A DNA stretch of 64,000 nt, from assembly GCF_003018255.1 (NCBI RefSeq), contig NZ_CP027440.1; one strand, written 5' to 3'. The number at the start of each line of letters is the position of its first letter. The first letter of the stretch is position 1. Below, piece after piece: positions 1-15,470 of the stretch. The translations under genes were made by a program, and so were the position numbers. The notes beneath the pieces are model-generated. The model ran no database searches. It was not told the origin of the DNA and was given only the letters and a program-made list of their open reading frames with translations. Source of the DNA: Escherichia coli (GTDB taxonomy: Bacteria > Pseudomonadota > Gammaproteobacteria > Enterobacterales > Enterobacteriaceae).

Positions 1-1353
<1,353 letters not shown>

Positions 1354-1465
1354 ATAGCGCAATATTTCATCGTTGGTGCAAAAATGTAACGCACTGTGCA
1401 CTGTCATAGTGCGTTTTTGTTTTCAATCTTCTTAACTTCCTGCTCTCCTTCTCGTTTTTCATTTC

Positions 1466-1481
1466 TGGCACACCGCTTGCA
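1466..1481 (+). promoter_or_regulatory. sigma-54 (-24/-12) promoter TGGCAC-N5-TTGCA upstream of glnK; NtrC-like TGCA-rich dyads at about 1374-1420
   Basis: Sequence tggcacaccgcttgca read directly; glnK-amtB is a known NtrC/sigma-54 operon. Confidence 0.7.
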
Positions 1482-1533
1482 ATACCTTCTTCGTGTAGCA
1501 GAACCATTACCGAATTCTGACCGGAGGGGATCT

Positions 1534-1872
1534 ATGAAGCTGGTGACCGTGATAATCAAACCATTCAAGCTGGAAGACGTTCGTGAAGCGTTATCTTCCA
1601 TTGGTATTCAGGGCCTGACCGTCACCGAAGTGAAAGGTTTCGGGCGTCAGAAAGGGCATGCCGAGCTGTACCGGGGAGCGGAATACAGCGTCAACTTTCT
1701 GCCAAAAGTAAAAATTGATGTGGCGATTGCTGATGACCAACTCGATGAAGTGATCGATATCGTCAGTAAGGCGGCTTACACCGGAAAAATTGGCGACGGC
1801 AAAATCTTTGTCGCTGAATTGCAACGCGTCATTCGTATTCGTACCGGCGAAGCCGACGAAGCGGCGCTGTAA
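1534..1872 (+). CDS. glnK: Nitrogen regulatory protein PII-2
   Basis: 112-aa product MKLVTVIIKPFKLEDV...; internal start of ORF 1396..1872; immediately upstream of amtB. Confidence 0.95.
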   Translation: MKLVTVIIKPFKLEDVREALSSIGIQGLTVTEVKGFGRQKGHAELYRGAEYSVNFLPKVKIDVAIADDQLDEVIDIVSKAAYTGKIGDGKIFVAELQRVIRIRTGEADEAAL

Positions 1873-1901
1873 TCTCTGGCACACAGCAACAGGAACGAAA
1901 A

Positions 1902-3188
1902 ATGAAGATAGCGACGATAAAAACTGGGCTTGCTTCACTGGCGATGCTGCCGGGACTGGTAATGGCTGCACCTGCGGTGGCCGATAAAGCCGACAATGCG
2001 TTTATGATGATCTGTACTGCGCTGGTGCTGTTTATGACTATTCCGGGGATTGCCCTGTTTTACGGTGGGTTGATTCGCGGCAAAAACGTGCTGTCGATGC
2101 TGACGCAGGTGACGGTGACGTTTGCACTGGTCTGTATTCTCTGGGTGGTTTACGGTTACTCGCTGGCGTTTGGTGAGGGCAACAACTTCTTCGGCAACAT
2201 TAACTGGCTGATGCTGAAAAACATCGAACTGACGGCGGTGATGGGCAGCATTTATCAGTATATCCACGTAGCGTTTCAGGGATCGTTTGCCTGCATTACC
2301 GTAGGCTTGATAGTTGGGGCGCTGGCGGAACGAATCCGCTTCTCAGCTGTGTTGATTTTCGTGGTGGTATGGCTGACGCTCTCCTACATTCCGATTGCGC
2401 ATATGGTGTGGGGCGGTGGTTTGCTGGCTTCTCACGGTGCGCTGGATTTCGCGGGTGGCACGGTGGTGCACATTAACGCCGCAATCGCCGGTCTGGTGGG
2501 CGCATATCTGATAGGCAAACGCGTGGGCTTCGGTAAAGAGGCGTTTAAACCGCACAACCTGCCGATGGTCTTCACCGGGACTGCCATTCTCTATATCGGT
2601 TGGTTTGGCTTTAACGCCGGGTCAGCGGGCACGGCGAATGAAATCGCGGCACTGGCATTTGTGAATACTGTGGTCGCAACGGCGGCGGCAATTCTTGGCT
2701 GGATCTTCGGTGAATGGGCGCTGCGCGGAAAGCCTTCACTGCTGGGAGCGTGTTCTGGTGCGATTGCCGGTCTGGTCGGCGTGACGCCAGCGTGTGGCTA
2801 CATTGGTGTTGGCGGCGCGTTGATTATCGGCGTGGTAGCTGGTCTGGCGGGCTTGTGGGGCGTTACCATGCTCAAACGCTTGCTGCGGGTGGATGATCCC
2901 TGCGATGTCTTCGGTGTGCACGGCGTTTGTGGCATTGTCGGCTGTATCATGACCGGGATTTTTGCCGCCAGCTCGCTGGGCGGCGTGGGCTTCGCTGACG
3001 GTGTGACGATGGGCCATCAGTTGCTGGTACAGCTGGAAAGCATCGCCATTACGATCGTCTGGTCCGGTGTGGTGGCGTTTATTGGCTACAAACTGGCAGA
3101 TCTGACGGTTGGCCTGCGTGTGCCGGAAGAACAGGAGCGAGAAGGGCTGGATGTCAACAGCCATGGCGAGAATGCATATAACGCGTAA
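1902..3188 (+). CDS. amtB: Ammonium transporter
   Basis: 428-aa polytopic membrane protein with signal peptide, recognised AmtB sequence. Confidence 0.95.
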   Translation: MKIATIKTGLASLAMLPGLVMAAPAVADKADNAFMMICTALVLFMTIPGIALFYGGLIRGKNVLSMLTQVTVTFALVCILWVVYGYSLAFGEGNNFFGNINWLMLKNIELTAVMGSIYQYIHVAFQGSFACITVGLIVGALAERIRFSAVLIFVVVWLTLSYIPIAHMVWGGGLLASHGALDFAGGTVVHINAAIAGLVGAYLIGKRVGFGKEAFKPHNLPMVFTGTAILYIGWFGFNAGSAGTANEIAALAFVNTVVATAAAILGWIFGEWALRGKPSLLGACSGAIAGLVGVTPACGYIGVGGALIIGVVAGLAGLWGVTMLKRLLRVDDPCDVFGVHGVCGIVGCIMTGIFAASSLGGVGFADGVTMGHQLLVQLESIAITIVWSGVVAFIGYKLADLTVGLRVPEEQEREGLDVNSHGENAYNA

Positions 3189-3237
3189 CAAGCACTGCAA
3201 AAAAACAGCCGGACGGTTTTCACCTCCGGCTATTTTT

Positions 3238-4098
3238 TTAATTATGATTACGCATTACCCCTTCCTGAACGGTCGAGGCAACCAGCACGCCATCCTGGGT
3301 ATAAAACTCACCGCGCACAAAGCCGCGAGCGCTGGACGCCGAGGTGCTCTCCACGCTATACAGCAGCCATTCATTCAAATTAAACGGGCGATGGAACCAC
3401 ATGGAATGGTCAATGGTGGCAATCTGAATCCCCGGTTCGAGAAAACCGATGCCGTGCGGCTGTAAAGCTACCGGCAGGAAATTAAGATCAGAAGCGTAAC
3501 CGAGCAGATACTGATGAACGCGCAGATCATCCGGCACGTTACCATTTGCGCGGATCCACACCTGACGATGCGGTTCTGCGACGTGCCCTTTCAGTGGGTT
3601 ATGAAACTCCACCGGACGGACTTCAAGCGGACGATCGCAGATGAATTTATCTTTCAGCACTGGCGGCAGCAGGTGCGCCAGCGATTGGGCGATTTGCGTT
3701 TCCGAAGGCAGGCCATCAGGCGCTGGCGCGGACGGCATTGTTTTTTGATGTTCGAAACCCGCTTCTGGTGCCTGGAAAGAGGCAGTCATATAAAAAATCG
3801 GTTTGCCGTTTTGAATAGCAGCAACCCGGCGGGCGCTGAAGCTGTTACCGTCACGCAGCGTTTCGACATCATAAATAATCGGCTTCTTACTATCGCCTGG
3901 GCGAAGAAAGTAGCTGTGAAACGAATGTACCAGCCGCTCTTCAGGGACGGTCTCTTTTGCAGCATACAAGGCCTGACCCACGACCTGGCCGCCAAACACC
4001 TGGCGTAAACCTAAATCTTCACTCTGGCCGCGAAAGAGTCCTTCCTCAATTTTTTCCAGATTTAACAATGTCAGTAAATTTTTTAGCGCCTGACTCAT
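3238..4098 (-). CDS. tesB: Acyl-CoA thioesterase II
   Basis: Product [31 protein letters not shown]...; start taken at internal Met of ORF 3238..4182. Confidence 0.9.
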   Translation of the reverse strand: MSQALKNLLTLLNLEKIEEGLFRGQSEDLGLRQVFGGQVVGQALYAAKETVPEERLVHSFHSYFLRPGDSKKPIIYDVETLRDGNSFSARRVAAIQNGKPIFYMTASFQAPEAGFEHQKTMPSAPAPDGLPSETQIAQSLAHLLPPVLKDKFICDRPLEVRPVEFHNPLKGHVAEPHRQVWIRANGNVPDDLRVHQYLLGYASDLNFLPVALQPHGIGFLEPGIQIATIDHSMWFHRPFNLNEWLLYSVESTSASSARGFVRGEFYTQDGVLVASTVQEGVMRNHN

Positions 4099-4315
4099 AT
4101 AACTCTCCAGTAACAAAGCTGCCGCAGCAAGCCAAAGTGAGTTGAGTATAACGCAAATTTGCCACTGGTCCGATGGGTGCAATGGTCTGAATTACGGGCT
4201 AATTACAGGCAGAAATGCGTGATGTGTGCCACACTTGTTGACGTTACTATTTTGTTAACCACTCTTCCGGCGAGGAAAGTTAGCCCGCTGGTGCATTGAT
4301 AATAAGGAGAAGTGA

Positions 4316-4885
4316 ATGAAACTCGTGCACATGGCCAGTGGTTTAGCGGTTGCGATTGCGTTGGCGGCTTGCGCAGATAAAAGCGCGGATATTCAGACGC
4401 CAGCACCGGCTGCAAATACGTCTATTTCAGCAACACAACCTGCTATCCAGCAACCGAATGTCTCCGGTACCGTCTGGATCCGTCAGAAAGTCGCACTGCC
4501 GCCTGATGCTGTGCTGACCGTGACACTTTCTGACGCGTCGTTAGCCGATGCGCCGTCAAAAGTGCTGGCGCAGAAAGCGGTGCGTACCGAAGGTAAACAG
4601 TCACCATTCAGCTTTGTTCTGCCATTTAACCCGGCAGATGTTCAGCCGAACGCGCGTATTCTATTGAGTGCGGCGATTACCGTGAATGACAAACTGGTAT
4701 TTATTACCGATACCGTTCAGCCGGTGATCAATCAGGGCGGAACTAAAGCCGACCTGACATTGGTGCCGGTGCAGCAAACCGCCGTGCCGGTTCAGGCCAG
4801 CGGTGGCGCAACGGCTACCGTACCTTCGACTTCACCAACTCAGGTGAATCCGTCTTCGGCAGTTCCAGCTCCTACGCAATATTAA
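4316..4885 (+). CDS. ybaY: Lipoprotein YbaY
   Basis: Signal peptide with lipobox LAAC, 189 aa, Pro/Thr-rich C-terminus. Confidence 0.85.
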   Translation: MKLVHMASGLAVAIALAACADKSADIQTPAPAANTSISATQPAIQQPNVSGTVWIRQKVALPPDAVLTVTLSDASLADAPSKVLAQKAVRTEGKQSPFSFVLPFNPADVQPNARILLSAAITVNDKLVFITDTVQPVINQGGTKADLTLVPVQQTAVPVQASGGATATVPSTSPTQVNPSSAVPAPTQY

Positions 4886-4915
4886 GCGCAGTTAACCCTC
4901 TCCGCCCGGAGAGGG

Positions 4916-5305
4916 TTAGTAGTTCCAGCGATAACGCTGCAAGTCGATTTGCCCGCTTCCCGATACCATCACACCTTCTGCCAGTAATGCCTGTCGTTGA
5001 CGCTGTAAATCCGGTCCGGTTAGCGAAATTGTGCCGTGGCGATTAACCACCCGGTGCCAGGGCAAGGTGCTGCCTTCGGGGAGACGCTTTAACACACCGC
5101 CTACCTGGCGCGCGGCGCGCGGCGATCCCGCCAGTTTCGCCACATCACCGTAAGTGGTGACATAGCCTTCGGGAATAGCGGCGACGATTTGCCAGACGCG
5201 TTGGGGAAATGAATCTTCTTTTTCCATCTTTTCTTCCTGAGGTAATTTTTCAGCATAATCTGGAAAAACGCCCGAGTGAAGCCGCATTGCGCAAGAAACC
5301 AGCAT
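4916..5305 (-). CDS. ybaZ: Alkyltransferase-like protein (Ogt-family DNA-binding domain, no catalytic Cys)
   Basis: Product ...YGDVAKLAGSPRAARQVGGVL...LPWHRVVN; start placed at internal Met (ORF 4916..5326). Confidence 0.8.
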   Translation of the reverse strand: MLVSCAMRLHSGVFPDYAEKLPQEEKMEKEDSFPQRVWQIVAAIPEGYVTTYGDVAKLAGSPRAARQVGGVLKRLPEGSTLPWHRVVNRHGTISLTGPDLQRQRQALLAEGVMVSGSGQIDLQRYRWNY

Positions 5306-5381
5306 CTGGCACGCAATGGGTTGCAATTAGCCGGGGCAGCAGTGATAATGCGCCTGCGCGTTGGTTCTCAACGCTCTCAAT

Positions 5382-5495
5382 GGGGGCTCTGTTGGTTCTC
5401 CCGCAACGCTACTCTGTTTACCAGGTCAGGTCCGGAAGGAAGCAGCCAAGGCAGATGACGCGTGTGCCGGGATGTAGCTGGCAGGGCCCCCACCC
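5382..5495 (+). ncRNA. ffs: 4.5S RNA (signal recognition particle RNA)
   Basis: 114-nt sequence gggggctctgttggttctcccgcaacgc...ggcagggcccccaccc matches the 4.5S RNA sequence recalled from memory; located between ybaZ and ybaA as in K-12. Confidence 0.95.
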
Positions 5496-5605
5496 ATTTC
5501 TGCCTCCCCCCGTTTCGTCAAAAAATCCCAACATGGCTAAACTTTAACCACAACTGACGTCGCAAGAATTGTCTGGCTGCGCAGTACGCTTCGGAGGTAT
5601 GTCTG

Positions 5606-5959
5606 ATGAAGTATGTTGATGGTTTTGTTGTTGCCGTTCCTGCCGATAAAAAGGATGCCTATCGGGAAATGGCCGCTAAGGCCGCGCCATTATTTAAAGA
5701 GTTCGGTGCGCTTCGTATTGTCGAATGCTGGGCCAGCGATGTACCGGATGGTAAAGTGACCGATTTTCGTATGGCGGTGAAAGCGGAAGAGAATGAAGAG
5801 GTTGTCTTTAGCTGGATTGAATACCCTTCAAAAGAGGTCCGCGACGCTGCTAATCAAAAGATGATGTCGGACCCACGGATGAAAGAGTTCGGCGAGTCCA
5901 TGCCGTTTGACGGCAAGCGAATGATCTATGGTGGATTCGAATCAATCATCGACGAGTAG
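5606..5959 (+). CDS. ybaA: DUF1428 family protein YbaA
   Basis: 117-aa ORF at the conserved position downstream of ffs. Confidence 0.8.
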   Translation: MKYVDGFVVAVPADKKDAYREMAAKAAPLFKEFGALRIVECWASDVPDGKVTDFRMAVKAEENEEVVFSWIEYPSKEVRDAANQKMMSDPRMKEFGESMPFDGKRMIYGGFESIIDE

Positions 5960-6000
5960 GTAGCGTGACGGGCTGTGCGGCGTGCCGTCAGCCCTAAAAT

Positions 6001-7557
6001 TCACAAATGTTGCTCGGCCCAGCGTAAGAAATCCTCTTTCGGTAATGCCTTGCTGTAGAGCCAGCCCTGACCGTAGTGCACGCCATGCTGGCGTAACCAC
6101 TCTTCTTGTTTACTGGTTTCGATTCCCTCCGCTACCATTTTCAGTTTCAGTGTTTTTGCCATTTCGATGATATGCGGCGTGACATTTTTATATTCCAGCG
6201 CATCAACGAAAGATTTATCGATCTTCAGAATGTCGACATCCAGATCCTGTAAATAACTTAAACTTGAATACCCCGTACCAAAATCATCGAGATAAATTTC
6301 ATGGCCCGCCTCCCGGTAGCGAGAAATTATCGGGGCGCTGGTTTTCGGATCGGCAAACTCGCGTTCAGTGAGTTCAAGCGCGATCTGTCTGGGATTAACC
6401 TGATAGTGATTGATCATTTCACGCAGCAATTGCGGGATTTTTTCCGAGGTGAGCACGGTGGATTCAAGATTGATCGAAATATGCTGCTGCGGATGCTGAC
6501 GCAGCCAGTCGCCCATATCTTCGAAGACGCTTCTTATGATCAGTAGCGTCAACGGCTCAGAAAGGCCCGTTTGCTGTGCCAGCGGAATAAAACTATCTGG
6601 TGACAACCAACTACCGTCTGTCTGCGGCCAGCGCGCCAGTGCCTCAGCACCGACAATTTTGCCATTGGCTAAGGAGACAATCGGCTGATAGTGCACGCAA
6701 ATATCACGATTTTCGATAGCATCCTGCAGCCGATGATGCGGTGACTGGATACGGCGCAAAATACGCAGCACAAACATCGCTGCCAGCAGGCCAATCACCA
6801 ACCCGAGCGGTAACCAAATAAAGACTTGCCGATGCCAGCCTTTCTGCAACATTTTCGTTGAAGACCAGGTGATGATCGAAATATTCATTTCCGGGAAGGG
6901 CAGGATATCGTAAATGATTCCATTATTTTCGATATGCTCACCGGGTGTTTTTTGTAGTCTGGTAATAATTCCCTGAGCAATTTCATCGCTGCTGGTTATC
7001 ACAACGTTATGGGCATTGCCAATAATGGCGGCATCAATTTGCCATGAGCTATAGGGAATGACATCAATAAAGGAAGCGGGGTCGATCATGACGACATAAT
7101 GTGCCGTTCCCATGGCAACCATGTAACGGATAATGCCTAAATCGTTATGCGATGTTAACCAGACACGATAACCATCTTTCGAAATTTTACCTGGCTCGGG
7201 GAAGGTATCGGGCGGGCTTTCATGCTCCAGAGACGAACACTGGGGAACGTTGTTATCGATATAAACCACTTCCTGAATATAGCGATAACTGTAAGATACC
7301 CGACGCATTTCCATGAGATGGGCTTCGCTACAGGCAGCGCCTTGCCATCTTTCCAGCTCTTGCAGCGCATCTTTCCCTTGTGTCGCCACCTTATTGGCCC
7401 GAATAGCGACGCGGGAGGAATACGTATTCAGCTCTTCAATAAATGATGTTTCTACCTGCTGATGGGCCAGCCAGATGCTTAAGCCGACAGGCAGCAATAC
7501 TGAAAGAATCAGTACTCCCGAAATAAGGCCGACCAGATGTCGTGTTCTCACCAGCAT
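6001..7557 (-). CDS. pdeB: c-di-GMP phosphodiesterase (CSS + EAL domains)
   Basis: 518-aa ORF with N-terminal TM/periplasmic region and C-terminal EAL motifs (EALARW, DDFGTGYSSL). Confidence 0.9.
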   Translation of the reverse strand: MLVRTRHLVGLISGVLILSVLLPVGLSIWLAHQQVETSFIEELNTYSSRVAIRANKVATQGKDALQELERWQGAACSEAHLMEMRRVSYSYRYIQEVVYIDNNVPQCSSLEHESPPDTFPEPGKISKDGYRVWLTSHNDLGIIRYMVAMGTAHYVVMIDPASFIDVIPYSSWQIDAAIIGNAHNVVITSSDEIAQGIITRLQKTPGEHIENNGIIYDILPFPEMNISIITWSSTKMLQKGWHRQVFIWLPLGLVIGLLAAMFVLRILRRIQSPHHRLQDAIENRDICVHYQPIVSLANGKIVGAEALARWPQTDGSWLSPDSFIPLAQQTGLSEPLTLLIIRSVFEDMGDWLRQHPQQHISINLESTVLTSEKIPQLLREMINHYQVNPRQIALELTEREFADPKTSAPIISRYREAGHEIYLDDFGTGYSSLSYLQDLDVDILKIDKSFVDALEYKNVTPHIIEMAKTLKLKMVAEGIETSKQEEWLRQHGVHYGQGWLYSKALPKEDFLRWAEQHL

Positions 7558-7714
7558 ATCCTTATTAACACAGTGTAGGGAAAGTATATCTGATTGTGGA
7601 AAAAGGCTGGCAGGAGATAAGGAGGTAGAGCCGGGATTTCATGAAGGGATGGGTGGAAACGAACGTTGTCATTTGACCAGGCGCAGAGCTTTACGCCTGG
7701 TATGTAACCCTAAC

Positions 7715-8185
7715 TTAAGATGTTGATTCGGCGCGAGCGAGGGTAAAAATATCGTAAAAAGATAGTTCACCTTTACGGACGATCATTTTTTGCAGTTGTT
7801 CTTTATGAACATCCGCGACACGCGGAGAGTTCAGGATGGCTTCAACTAGCGCGGCAGGTACAAAGCGCGTGTTGTACCATTCGCCGTTATAGCAAACGCG
7901 GAAATCCAGCACGTCGATATCTTCATAGCGGTAGCGTGGGTAGACATCGAAAAAGAAGAAACCATTAAGCAGGATAAATAATACAACCAGTAGCCAGACA
8001 GAGCCTGAAAGCGTTTCGGACTGCAACATCACTGCCAGGGTGGCAAAAAAAGCAACGTACATACCGATAAACAACCCCGGATGTTTACGGATAAAACTGA
8101 TACTAAAGCGGGGTTTGTTGTCGCGTTTTTCGCGGGTATTTAGAGACTCAATTGTTTCGGTCAGCAGGCGTTGTATTTCGGTCAT
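7715..8185 (-). CDS. ylaC: Inner membrane protein YlaC
   Basis: Product [22 protein letters not shown]... with two TM helices; internal start of ORF 7715..8224. Confidence 0.8.
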
Positions 8186-8300
8186 CGTTTGCCTTCGTGG
8201 TATCTGCAACTTTCCAGGGAACACCCTATTTTAACGTGGGAATAGTAGAGGGAAAGTAACAGATTTACCACAATTTTGCATAACAGTTGCGAAAAACCGA

Positions 8301-8852
8301 TTACAATTTTTTAATTATTCTGGCTGGATTACCGCCCACGACAACGTTGTCCGGGACATCTTTTGTGACAACTGCACCTGAGGCTACCACGACGTTATCA
8401 CCAATGGTCACACCAGGGTTAATGACCGCACGTCCGCCAATCCAGACGTTATTACCGATGGTGACGGGTTTCCCCAGTTCAGCACCGCTATTACGTGCTA
8501 CAGGGTCGATGGGATGTGTTGCCGTGTAGATATGAACGCCTGGTGCCAACATACAGTTATCACCAATGCGAATAGGGCAGACATCAAGCATCACGCAATC
8601 GAAGTTGGCGAAAAAATTATTGCCGAGAAAAATGTTATAACCATAGTCACAGCGAAACGTTGGCTCAATATAAGCCTCTGTCACCTGACCGAATAAATCA
8701 GCAAGAATTTGCTGGCGTAATGTGTGCTCTTCCGCCAGGGAATGATTGTATCGGTGAATAAGCCGACGAGCGCGCAGGCGATCGCGAGATAACGCCTCAT
8801 CTGCCGAGTGATACAACTCACCAGCAATCATCTTTTCTTTTTCTGTGCTCAT
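8301..8852 (-). CDS. maa: Maltose O-acetyltransferase (hexapeptide-repeat)
   Basis: 183-aa product with left-handed beta-helix hexapeptide repeats. Confidence 0.9.
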   Translation of the reverse strand: MSTEKEKMIAGELYHSADEALSRDRLRARRLIHRYNHSLAEEHTLRQQILADLFGQVTEAYIEPTFRCDYGYNIFLGNNFFANFDCVMLDVCPIRIGDNCMLAPGVHIYTATHPIDPVARNSGAELGKPVTIGNNVWIGGRAVINPGVTIGDNVVVASGAVVTKDVPDNVVVGGNPARIIKKL

Positions 8853-9024
8853 TACTGACCTCCGGTTGCTGAAAATGCGGCAACACAGTAAGACGAAAAG
8901 TCAGTGAAGAGAACGTTCCCATTACATCTGTGTGATGAAGATCACATAGGGTATGCCTTCATGGCGAAAGAATTATAAAACTCTTAATAAACAGCCGGTT
9001 ATAGCTCCGAAAGCGAGTTATTTA

Positions 9025-9243
9025 TTAGCGAATAAATTTCCATACTGAGGAAGGGATCTTGTCGTACAGTTTATTCATGGTCAATTCGGCGAGGCGGTGA
9101 TCTGCGGCTGAGTAAAATACCGCCAGTTCATTATCTGATAATTCGTATTTATTTTTCTCGATAACACGCTCCAGCGTGTCAATTGTCTGGCAACGACGTA
9201 AACGCATTAAATAATCGGTTTTTGTTAAAGGTTTTTCGGACAT
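9025..9243 (-). CDS. hha: Haemolysin expression-modulating protein Hha
   Basis: 72-aa product [72 protein letters not shown]; internal start of ORF 9025..9489. Confidence 0.95.
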
Positions 9244-9268
9244 ACTTCTACCCATGGTTGTAATAATT

Positions 9269-9643
9269 CTAACAAGATAAACTCGCAGGATTCTCTTTCG
9301 TCGCATTGACAAAACAACGGAATAGTCGATTACCTGACTTCCGCCATTTCTGAAGATCCTGCATATTAATACCATAACTACTGAACAACATAAAGGTGTC
9401 ATCCAGATATTCGTCGATCTGCTCAATGAGCTTATTGTCTTCATTATACTTAATTTTGTAATTAAGTGCGAAGGTCGCAATATGCTCAATCAGTTCATTC
9501 AACTGGAGGTTGATCGCCGAGGTTGGGTCGTTAACCCAGCCATGATTGCTTTCTTCAAGGTTTGCAAGACAGTCATGATACAGGGTTTCACAGAGAAACT
9601 TAAGCTGCGCGATATCATGTCTTTTGGGTGAGTATTCATCCAT
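9269..9643 (-). CDS. tomB: Hha toxicity modulator TomB
   Basis: 124-aa ORF directly upstream of hha, recognised TomB (YbaJ) sequence. Confidence 0.9.
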
Positions 9644-10149
9644 AACGCGTCCCCTTCTTAGCGGTTGAACTAACGGACACCTTTCGGGATGGAAAAAACT
9701 TACTGACCTGGACTTGCCCTCTCGTTTGTTAGCTTAACTATAAGCCACTCTTTGCAGGTTTTCATCGCATTATTACGAAAAATTACAATTAGGAAGGAAG
9801 CGGGACAGGACTCACTTTTTCATACTAGCACTAACCCGCAGCAGGTAAAAGCAGTTTGCTCGAACTGTTCATAACATTTCAGGATTATCGCCAGATGAAA
9901 TTGGTAACACTAATACCAGGATTGCTCTGAATATGACGTAATAACCGAGGAATGAATAAAGAATTACCGTAAATAATTAAGAATAGCCTCTAAATGATTA
10001 TGGATTATTAAATCTATTAGCGCTACTTAATATAAATTAACTAACAATCAGTATTTTTTATGAATTTTATACGTGTTTAATACTGGTTTTCGTATGAGAT
10101 CCTGAGTTGGTGGTTCAATGACTCCTTAATGTTCGTCGGTTATGCATAA

Positions 10150-10178
10150 AAAAGGCCGCTTGCGCGGCCTTAGTGATT
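10150..10178 (-). terminator. Rho-independent terminator downstream of acrB
   Basis: GC-rich hairpin ggccgcgcaagcggcc followed by T-run on the minus strand just after the acrB stop. Confidence 0.6.
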
Positions 10179-10188
10179 ACACGTTGTA

Positions 10189-13341
<3,153 letters not shown>

Positions 13342-13360
13342 TTAACGGCTCCTGTTTAAG

Positions 13361-14554
13361 TTAAGACTTGGACTGTTCAGGCTGAGCACCGCTTGCGGCT
13401 TGCTGGTTATTATCAGCGGTAACTTCTTGTGCTTTTACCTGGACACCAGGACGCACTTTCTGCAGCCCACTTATTACTACGCGATCGCCTGCTTTCAGAC
13501 CTTCTGTCACCAGCCACTTATCGCCGATAGCCTGGCTTGCAACGATCGGACGGGTTTCCACTTTGTCATCCGCGCCAACCACCAGTACGGTGGCATCGCC
13601 ACGCGGCGTACGGGTTACGCCCTGTTGCGGGACTAAAATAGCGTTTGGATTAAGCCCTTCTTCCAGACGTGCACGTACGAACATACCCGGCAGCAGAGTG
13701 TGATCCGGGTTCGGGAAGATAGCGCGTAGGGTGATAGACCCGGTGGTCTGATCAACGGTAACGTCAGAGAATTCCAGCGTACCGTCCTGCGGGAACTTAA
13801 TGCCGTCACTGGTGATCAGCGACACTTTGGCTTTGCCGTTCTCTTGTTTCAGCGTGCCATTTGCCAGTTCCTGTTTCAGGCGCAGGAAGTCGTTGCTGGA
13901 CTGGGTCACATCAACGTAGATCGGATCAAGTTGCTGCACGGTTGCCAGCGCAGTCGCCTGACCGTTCTGTACCAATGCGCCTTCTGTCACGTTCGACTTA
14001 CCAATGCGACCGCTAATCGGAGAGGTAACTTTGGTGTAAGCCAGATTGATTCGCGCAGTTTCAACGGCAGCTTTCGCCGCAGTTACCGCAGCATTCGCCT
14101 GTTGCGCATCAGCCAGAGCCTGATCGTACTCTTGTTTACTGATGTACTGAGTACCGAGCAGTTTCTGATAACGATTCACCGTCAATTGCGCGATATTTGC
14201 TGCAGCCTGGGCTTTCGCCAGATCACCTTTCGCACTGTCGTATGCCGCCTGATAGGTCGCAGGATCAATCTGATAGAGAGAGACACCTGCTTCGATGTCG
14301 CTACCTTCTTTGAAATTACGCTTCAGGATAATCCCGCTAACTTGAGGACGAACTTCTGCGATCCGGTAGGCACTGGTGCGACCCGGAAGCTCGGTTGTGA
14401 TCTGCAGAGGTTCAGTTTTGACTGTTACTACGCCAACGGCGGGCATCTGCTGGCCACCTTGTTGGGCCTGTTTGTCGTCACATCCTGTTAGGGCTAAGCT
14501 GCCTGAGAGCATCAGAACGACCGCCAGAGGCGTAAACCCTCTGTTTTTGTTCAT
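13361..14554 (-). CDS. acrA: Multidrug efflux periplasmic adaptor AcrA
   Basis: Product MNKNRGFTPLAVVLMLSGSLALTGC... (lipoprotein); internal start of ORF 13361..14590. Confidence 0.95.
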   Translation of the reverse strand: MNKNRGFTPLAVVLMLSGSLALTGCDDKQAQQGGQQMPAVGVVTVKTEPLQITTELPGRTSAYRIAEVRPQVSGIILKRNFKEGSDIEAGVSLYQIDPATYQAAYDSAKGDLAKAQAAANIAQLTVNRYQKLLGTQYISKQEYDQALADAQQANAAVTAAKAAVETARINLAYTKVTSPISGRIGKSNVTEGALVQNGQATALATVQQLDPIYVDVTQSSNDFLRLKQELANGTLKQENGKAKVSLITSDGIKFPQDGTLEFSDVTVDQTTGSITLRAIFPNPDHTLLPGMFVRARLEEGLNPNAILVPQQGVTRTPRGDATVLVVGADDKVETRPIVASQAIGDKWLVTEGLKAGDRVVISGLQKVRPGVQVKAQEVTADNNQQAASGAQPEQSKS

Positions 14555-14643
14555 ATGTAAACCTCGAGTGTCCGATTTCAAATTGGTCAATGGTCAAAAG
14601 TTAATAAACCCATTGCTGCGTTTATATTATCGTCGTGCTATGG

Positions 14644-14667
14644 TACATACATTCACAAATGTATGTA
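14644..14667. promoter_or_regulatory. AcrR operator, 24-bp palindrome in the acrR/acrAB divergent promoter region
   Basis: tacatacattcacaaatgtatgta read directly; perfect inverted repeat between acrA and acrR. Confidence 0.8.
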
Positions 14668-14695
14668 AATCTAACGCCTGTAAATTCACGAACAT

Positions 14696-15343
14696 ATGGC
14701 ACGAAAAACCAAACAAGAAGCGCAAGAAACGCGCCAACACATCCTCGATGTGGCTCTACGTCTTTTCTCACAGCAGGGGGTATCATCCACCTCGCTGGGC
14801 GAGATTGCAAAAGCAGCTGGCGTTACGCGCGGTGCAATCTACTGGCATTTTAAAGACAAGTCGGATTTGTTCAGTGAGATCTGGGAACTGTCAGAATCCA
14901 ATATTGGTGAACTCGAGCTTGAGTATCAGGCAAAATTCCCTGGCGATCCACTCTCAGTATTAAGAGAGATATTAATTCATGTTCTTGAATCCACGGTGAC
15001 AGAAGAACGGCGTCGATTATTGATGGAGATTATATTCCACAAATGCGAATTTGTCGGAGAAATGGCTGTTGTGCAACAGGCACAACGTAATCTCTGTCTG
15101 GAAAGTTATGACCGTATAGAACAAACGTTAAAACATTGTATTGAAGCGAAAATGTTGCCTGCGGATTTAATGACGCGTCGGGCAGCAATTATTATGCGCG
15201 GCTATATTTCCGGCCTGATGGAAAACTGGCTCTTTGCCCCGCAATCTTTTGATCTTAAAAAAGAAGCCCGCGATTACGTCGCCATCTTACTGGAGATGTA
15301 TCTCCTGTGTCCCACGCTTCGTAACCCTTCCATTACCGAATAA
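14696..15343 (+). CDS. acrR: TetR-family repressor of acrAB
   Basis: 215-aa TetR-like product with N-terminal HTH. Confidence 0.95.
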   Translation: MARKTKQEAQETRQHILDVALRLFSQQGVSSTSLGEIAKAAGVTRGAIYWHFKDKSDLFSEIWELSESNIGELELEYQAKFPGDPLSVLREILIHVLESTVTEERRRLLMEIIFHKCEFVGEMAVVQQAQRNLCLESYDRIEQTLKHCIEAKMLPADLMTRRAAIIMRGYISGLMENWLFAPQSFDLKKEARDYVAILLEMYLLCPTLRNPSITE

Positions 15344-15470
15344 CCCTGAATCTGACTCCAGGATTTTTCCTGGACATTTTCGTCGTTGCTATTCTGGTTC
15401 ACTGCGTCGTGATATTCTTGCGGTTTGACTTTTTCAGGTCGTTCTTCAGGTTCAGAAACCTTCATTCATC

